Assembly: GCA_963798485.1 (NCBI GenBank)
Contig: CAWCTR010000016.1
Location: 1 to 64,000 of the forward strand
DNA: 64,000 bases
From: an uncultured delta proteobacterium
GTDB taxonomy: Bacteria; Desulfobacterota; Desulfomonilia; UBA1062
Reading direction: 5' to 3'
In this document: one piece after another, positions 59,753 to 64,000 of the stretch
Layout: the number at the start of each line of letters is the position of its first letter
Numbering within the stretch: position 1 is the stretch's first letter
The notes under the pieces: model-generated
The model's database searches: none
The model's input: the letters and a program-made list of their open reading frames with translations, nothing else
Told to the model about the DNA's origin: nothing
Position numbers and translations under genes: made by a program

Positions 59753-61294
59753 TCAGGCTGTTTTTTGTCTATCAGGAAAGCCTCTCATACCCATAGCCCA
59801 CAGTGAACCAAAATACATCCCGCAACCCAACACTATCGATGAAAAAAGCAGCAAGCAGGATTTCAGGGTCATGCCTGCATTCCAGATATTCATGCGGGCA
59901 AAAGGGACCAACACAAGGCCCATTATGACAGCGGCCGCAAACATCTTGCCAAACTGTCGCACATGCTCCTCCGGGATATGGATTCCAGAACCTGTAAGAT
60001 ATTTGTGCTGAATAAGGACCTGGGCAAAGACCGAAATACTGCTGGCAAGGGCGATCCCGGCATGCTTCATAAAGGGCATGAGGATGAGACAGAATATCAA
60101 GTTCACCACCAAGCTCATCCAAGAGATATTCACTACTGCCTTGGCCTTTTGCATGGCGTAGAGCGCCTGAGTCTGTATCCGCGTATATCCTACGGCCCAG
60201 AGACTTAGGGCATACATCTGCAGGGCATAAGCCGATGCAAGGGCATCGCTTAGGGTAAAGGCGCCACGCAGGAAGAGGACAGCGAAGATAGGCCTTGCCA
60301 GGACGAGAGAGCCGACAGTGGCCGGGATTGTAAAGAGAAGGACCGCCAGAAGCCCCCTTCCCATGAGAAAAGAGAACCGCTCCGTATCCAGCCGCGCAGA
60401 GGCCGAGCTCATGGCGGGCAGCATCACATTGCCCACGGCAAAGGCGAAGATCCCTAAAGGCAGCTCCAGAATCCTGTTTGAATAGTAAAGATAAGAAACG
60501 CTTCCCTGGGGAAGCAGCGAGGCAAGCAAGGTCCCGATGAGCACATTGACCTGATATATGGAGGCCCCGATAGCCGCCACACCTAGGAGGCGGATCACTT
60601 GCCTCACCCTCGGTGAATTGAAGTGGGATGCAAATGCCAGGGGAACACGTCTTTTCAGCAATGGGGGTATCTGGATCAGGATCTGCGCGATACCCCCGGT
60701 GATCACCCCCCACGCCAACGCATCTGCAGGCGAAGAGAATAGGGGATATGCCACATAACAGAGCAAAGGCACCCCGATCATAAAGAGGTTCATGAGGATC
60801 GGTGCGGCGGCAGGTGCTGCAAAATGTCCCAACGAGTTGAGGATACCCATGAAGAGTACGGCCACACCTATAAGGAGTATGTAGGGAAACATGATCCGGT
60901 TAAGGTGAACCGTGGTGTCGAAGACTCCGCTATGGAGAAACCCCGGAGCCATGACTGCAACAAGGGCGGGTGAGGCGATCTCGCCGATGATCACCACTAC
61001 CACCAGGCTGTAGAACATCAGCGTCATGATCTGTTGGGCCATGAGGTAGGCCCGCTCGAGTCCCTCACGCTCCTTGACCTCGCTGAACACAGGGACGAAC
61101 GCCACGCTGACAGCGCCTTCGGCCATGAATCGCCTGAGAAGGTTGGGAATCCTGTTCGCAACGACAAAGGCATCGGCGAGGAGGCCTGCCCCGAGGAGCC
61201 AGGCCATTATCATATCACGGATAAAACCGAGAATTCGACTGATTGCGGTGAGCCCACCGACAGTGGCGACGTTCTTCTTGAAGCCGTCCCTCAT
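59753..61294 (-). CDS. murJ: Lipid II flippase
   Basis: SRILGFIRD, RIPNLLRRFMAEGA and RILELPLG motifs; many TM segments. Confidence 0.95.
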   Translation of the reverse strand: MRDGFKKNVATVGGLTAISRILGFIRDMIMAWLLGAGLLADAFVVANRIPNLLRRFMAEGAVSVAFVPVFSEVKEREGLERAYLMAQQIMTLMFYSLVVVVIIGEIASPALVAVMAPGFLHSGVFDTTVHLNRIMFPYILLIGVAVLFMGILNSLGHFAAPAAAPILMNLFMIGVPLLCYVAYPLFSSPADALAWGVITGGIAQILIQIPPLLKRRVPLAFASHFNSPRVRQVIRLLGVAAIGASIYQVNVLIGTLLASLLPQGSVSYLYYSNRILELPLGIFAFAVGNVMLPAMSSASARLDTERFSFLMGRGLLAVLLFTIPATVGSLVLARPIFAVLFLRGAFTLSDALASAYALQMYALSLWAVGYTRIQTQALYAMQKAKAVVNISWMSLVVNLIFCLILMPFMKHAGIALASSISVFAQVLIQHKYLTGSGIHIPEEHVRQFGKMFAAAVIMGLVLVPFARMNIWNAGMTLKSCLLLFSSIVLGCGMYFGSLWAMGMRGFPDRQKTA

Positions 61295-61329
61295 GTCAGT
61301 GGGCTTTACCCAGTGCGGGGGTGGCCGTA

Positions 61330-62037
61330 CTAATCCCTCACGACCTTTGCCTTGATACGGGCATCCTTGGCCTTGATAGTCTCCTGATCAGTCTCGACAT
61401 GTAATGTCCCGAAAAAGAAATCAGTAGGCAGGCCTGCCTGAAAACGCACCTCCACGGATATGGACTTTTCAGGCTCGAGTTTCACCTTGCCCTGATGGGA
61501 AACCGAGAGCACGGTTGAAGGGTTTGCGGATATGGAGGTTATGGTTAGGGGCTCTTTCCCCTTGTTTGTAATGGTAAACATCTTTTTATTCATAGAGCCT
61601 GTTTTCACCGTCCCGAAATTGAAATCCATAGGTGTTACGGAGAGGATCTCCACAATTTTGACCTTCATGGTCAACCTGAGAACCGGCATGGAGGGATCAT
61701 TGGTTTCAACCTCGATGTTTTTCGTATAGTCCCCTTTAATATAATGGGTTGCTATGTTCACCACAAGCTTCTGGGTCTTGCCCGGCTCAATCTCCTGCCC
61801 ACCCGGGGCAGTTACCGTGGCGCCTCAACAAGGTTTGGGCTTGAAGGTAAGCTTCTGATCTCCTATGTTCTTAAACACGAATTCGTGTGAAAAATCCTTA
61901 CCCTCAGATAGTGCCCCTGCATCATAGACCGCCTGGTCAACCTGTATCTTGGCAGATGCATGGCATGAAGCCGCTGCAATAAGGGAAAGGGCCAAACAAA
62001 CCATGATCAGGCCTGTAATCCTCAAGGAATTAATCAT
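61330..62037 (-). CDS. Exported DUF1573/Ig-like protein, probable selenoprotein (in-frame UGA at 61825-61827), 235 aa
   Basis: ORFs 61825..62067 and 61330..61764 are in frame and separated only by TGA. Readthrough gives FVFKNIGDQKLTFKPKPC-U-GATVTAPGGQEIEPGKT...ETNDP, one continuous domain. A SECIS-like hairpin follows. Confidence 0.8.
61795..61811 (-). promoter_or_regulatory. Bacterial SECIS-like hairpin
   Basis: mRNA reads UGA-13 nt-CUGCCC-CGGGU-GGGCAG; the G-containing apical loop begins 19 nt after the UGA. Confidence 0.7.
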
Positions 62038-62153
62038 ATAACCACCTCCGGTAATCATGGCTAACATAAATTTTTCCTGTTTGCCACTGGGTTTTCAAGA
62101 CCATTTTGGGTTAGTGTGTTGACTTTTCATACTTCAGAGAATACATCTAAGCC

Positions 62154-63293
62154 ATGCGTGGAAAACTGGAACATCCAAGAGGGCTCATAGAGCTCCTTTC
62201 CGTAGAAGTGGAGCGAATCGATAATGAGTATCGAGAGCTGTGGCTGAGTTTTGAATATACCTGCCCGGGCGGCGAGTATAAATCGGCCATGGTGCTGCCT
62301 ATCTCCAACTCCAAAGAGATGGTGAACTTCTTTTTCAAAGAGCTTATCAGCGAGGCCAAACACCTCTCTGAGATTGAAAAAAACGAGGCCTTGAACGTCG
62401 GACTCTTTGTGGCCAACAAGACCGACACCATGCTGCCCATTAAAAACCTGTGCCAGCGGGTGATAGATGTTCTCAATATCGCCGAAGACCTTCATGAGAA
62501 CCGCGAGTTCATTGACCTGTGCACCTCTGGGTTCCACTTCAAGGATGGAGCTAACAGTTTGAGCGCCAAGGGTTTTGAGGAGCGCTTCAAGATATTCATG
62601 GGCCGCGCCACGGACAAGATGTCACAAGGCTACTATACCATAGCGGCCGATGACCTGGAAAAGGCGAACATCCTGTGCGCTACCAGCCCATTCATAACCA
62701 AACTCATAGGCATCTGCCACCGCGAACTGGGCCATCTCGATCTTGCTTTGGAGATGTTTACAAGGGCAATGGAACTCGGCGATAAGGAAAAGGATACCTA
62801 TCTTTATCTCTCTGAGATCCACTTCTTCCTCAACGATATGGAGCATGCATATGATATCCTTGAAAAGATGCTCGAAGAACACCCCGGCGATATAAGGGCC
62901 CTTGTGGAACTCGCCAATATTAAATATCAGATGGACGAGGAATACACCACCTATCTTGACAGGGCTTATGCCATCGAACCGGAGCAGACCCAGAAGACAA
63001 TCCTCCAGACCTTTGTGTTCAAGAAGGTGGGCGGAGGCAAGAAGGCCCGCATGTCCATCGTTGAGGCCTCAAGGCTTTTAGACATACCCGAGCACAGTAT
63101 CAGACAGCTTGCCGGCAGCAACCGCATACCCGTCAGGGCATTCCCGGACAATGACGAGCTGGTGCTTGATGAGAATGAGCTCAAATCGTGGGCCTACGTT
63201 TACAGGAGATACAAGCTGCTGCAGGATGAGATCGAGAGAGTTAGTACTCACCCGCCAGGGGAGAAAAATCAAGGCGTGGCTCTACTTTCCTGA
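62154..63293 (+). CDS. TPR protein with a C-terminal excisionase/MerR-like HTH
   Basis: Central TPR helices; C-terminal MSIVEASRLLDIPEHSIRQLAGSNRIP. Confidence 0.7.
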   Translation: MRGKLEHPRGLIELLSVEVERIDNEYRELWLSFEYTCPGGEYKSAMVLPISNSKEMVNFFFKELISEAKHLSEIEKNEALNVGLFVANKTDTMLPIKNLCQRVIDVLNIAEDLHENREFIDLCTSGFHFKDGANSLSAKGFEERFKIFMGRATDKMSQGYYTIAADDLEKANILCATSPFITKLIGICHRELGHLDLALEMFTRAMELGDKEKDTYLYLSEIHFFLNDMEHAYDILEKMLEEHPGDIRALVELANIKYQMDEEYTTYLDRAYAIEPEQTQKTILQTFVFKKVGGGKKARMSIVEASRLLDIPEHSIRQLAGSNRIPVRAFPDNDELVLDENELKSWAYVYRRYKLLQDEIERVSTHPPGEKNQGVALLS

Positions 63294-63984
63294 GCCTGCA
63301 CCGAAAGGCCTGCTACCAGCGCTTATCTTCTGCCATGGAATACCAGGCTCGAAACCAGACCCTTTCGACAGGGGCTATACTCCGCTGTTTGAGGAGCTCA
63401 CGAGCTATGGCTTTGCCTGTGCCACCTTCAATTTCTCAGGGTGCGGCCTGTCCGAAGGGAACATAGACATGTTAGAATGGCACCATGATCTGGATGCCGT
63501 GATCGATGTCGTATACGACTGCCCCGGTATATACCCCAAGTCCATTCACTGCATCGGCTTTTCTGCAGGCGGTGCCGTTGCAGCAAAGATCGTTTCCTAT
63601 AATAAGCACGTGACAAGCCTGCTCCTCATGGCAAGCCCGTGTAACTTTGTGGACATCCTTCCAAAGGACCCGGCGCTGCTCAAGGCCCATTTTCTTTCCA
63701 TCGGGATTATCAGAGATGATTCCTTTCCAACCGATCTCATGAAATGGTATAACGGTTTCCTCGAAGTAAAGCCCGCCCACTGGCTGCCGTTCATATTTCC
63801 CCGGCCAGTGGGAATCGTACACGGCGACTGCGATGAGACCGTCCCGGTGCGCCACGCAACAATGCTTTACCATGCGGCATTCAAGCCCAAGAAACTGACT
63901 ATACTGGAAGGCGCAACCCACCAGTTAAGGAAAGACCCCCGGATCAGTGAGGTCATCCGGGACTGGTTGAATGAGGTGCTTTAG
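63226..63984 (+). CDS. Alpha/beta-fold hydrolase
   Basis: CHG, GFSAGG nucleophile elbow, HGDCDETV and GATH motifs. Confidence 0.9.
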   Translation: MRSRELVLTRQGRKIKAWLYFPEPAPKGLLPALIFCHGIPGSKPDPFDRGYTPLFEELTSYGFACATFNFSGCGLSEGNIDMLEWHHDLDAVIDVVYDCPGIYPKSIHCIGFSAGGAVAAKIVSYNKHVTSLLLMASPCNFVDILPKDPALLKAHFLSIGIIRDDSFPTDLMKWYNGFLEVKPAHWLPFIFPRPVGIVHGDCDETVPVRHATMLYHAAFKPKKLTILEGATHQLRKDPRISEVIRDWLNEVL

Positions 63985-64000
63985 ACCCCGATGGATAATC

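Noticed and set aside
59772-60713. 313-aa alternative-frame ORF
   Set aside because: Lies inside murJ in another frame and its composition is not protein-like.
1-64000. CRISPR array, tRNA, rRNA, integrase or transposase
   Set aside because: I saw no regularly spaced repeats, cloverleaf signatures or recombinase/transposase motifs by eye; a tRNAscan or Infernal run would be needed to exclude small RNAs fully.

Overview
A 64-kb chromosomal segment of an anaerobic Gram-negative bacterium. Gene content suggests a deltaproteobacterium of the Desulfobacterota type, which is an inference. Most of it is housekeeping: nifS-nifU-cysE, tex, a DEAD-box helicase, hslO, the kdsA-kdsC-lptCAB-rpoN-hpf operon, clpB, menA, oppDF-like ATPases, recJ, udg, coaBC and murJ. 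Accessory blocks include ankyrin genes, a DUF4143 ATPase, a 2-hydroxyacyl-CoA dehydratase pair, an ECF sigma/anti-sigma/Spy unit, a flavin/Fe-S redox cluster and a MEDS-PAS hybrid kinase with an HDOD regulator. Signals that the ORF track misses or splits: (1) an exported DUF1573-like protein split by an in-frame UGA in a Cys-UGA motif with a SECIS-like hairpin just downstream, probably a selenoprotein; (2) a 41-aa ribosomal protein bTHX gene upstream of a MEMO1 protein carrying a PqqD/RRE-like N-terminus; (3) a near-consensus sigma-54 promoter upstream of an unannotated 41-aa ORF and a catalytically degenerate GAF-GGDEF-HD-GYP protein, next to a sigma-54 activator; (4) an operon of an SgmX-like TPR protein, an extended MglA GTPase, a membrane TPR protein and DUF4388, with no MglB. 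Five genes carry 1-2 nt frameshifts that look like sequencing indels, and 41.5-41.9 kb looks like a rearranged or chimeric junction. I found no rRNA, tRNA, CRISPR array or transposase. All family calls come from motif recognition, not database searches.
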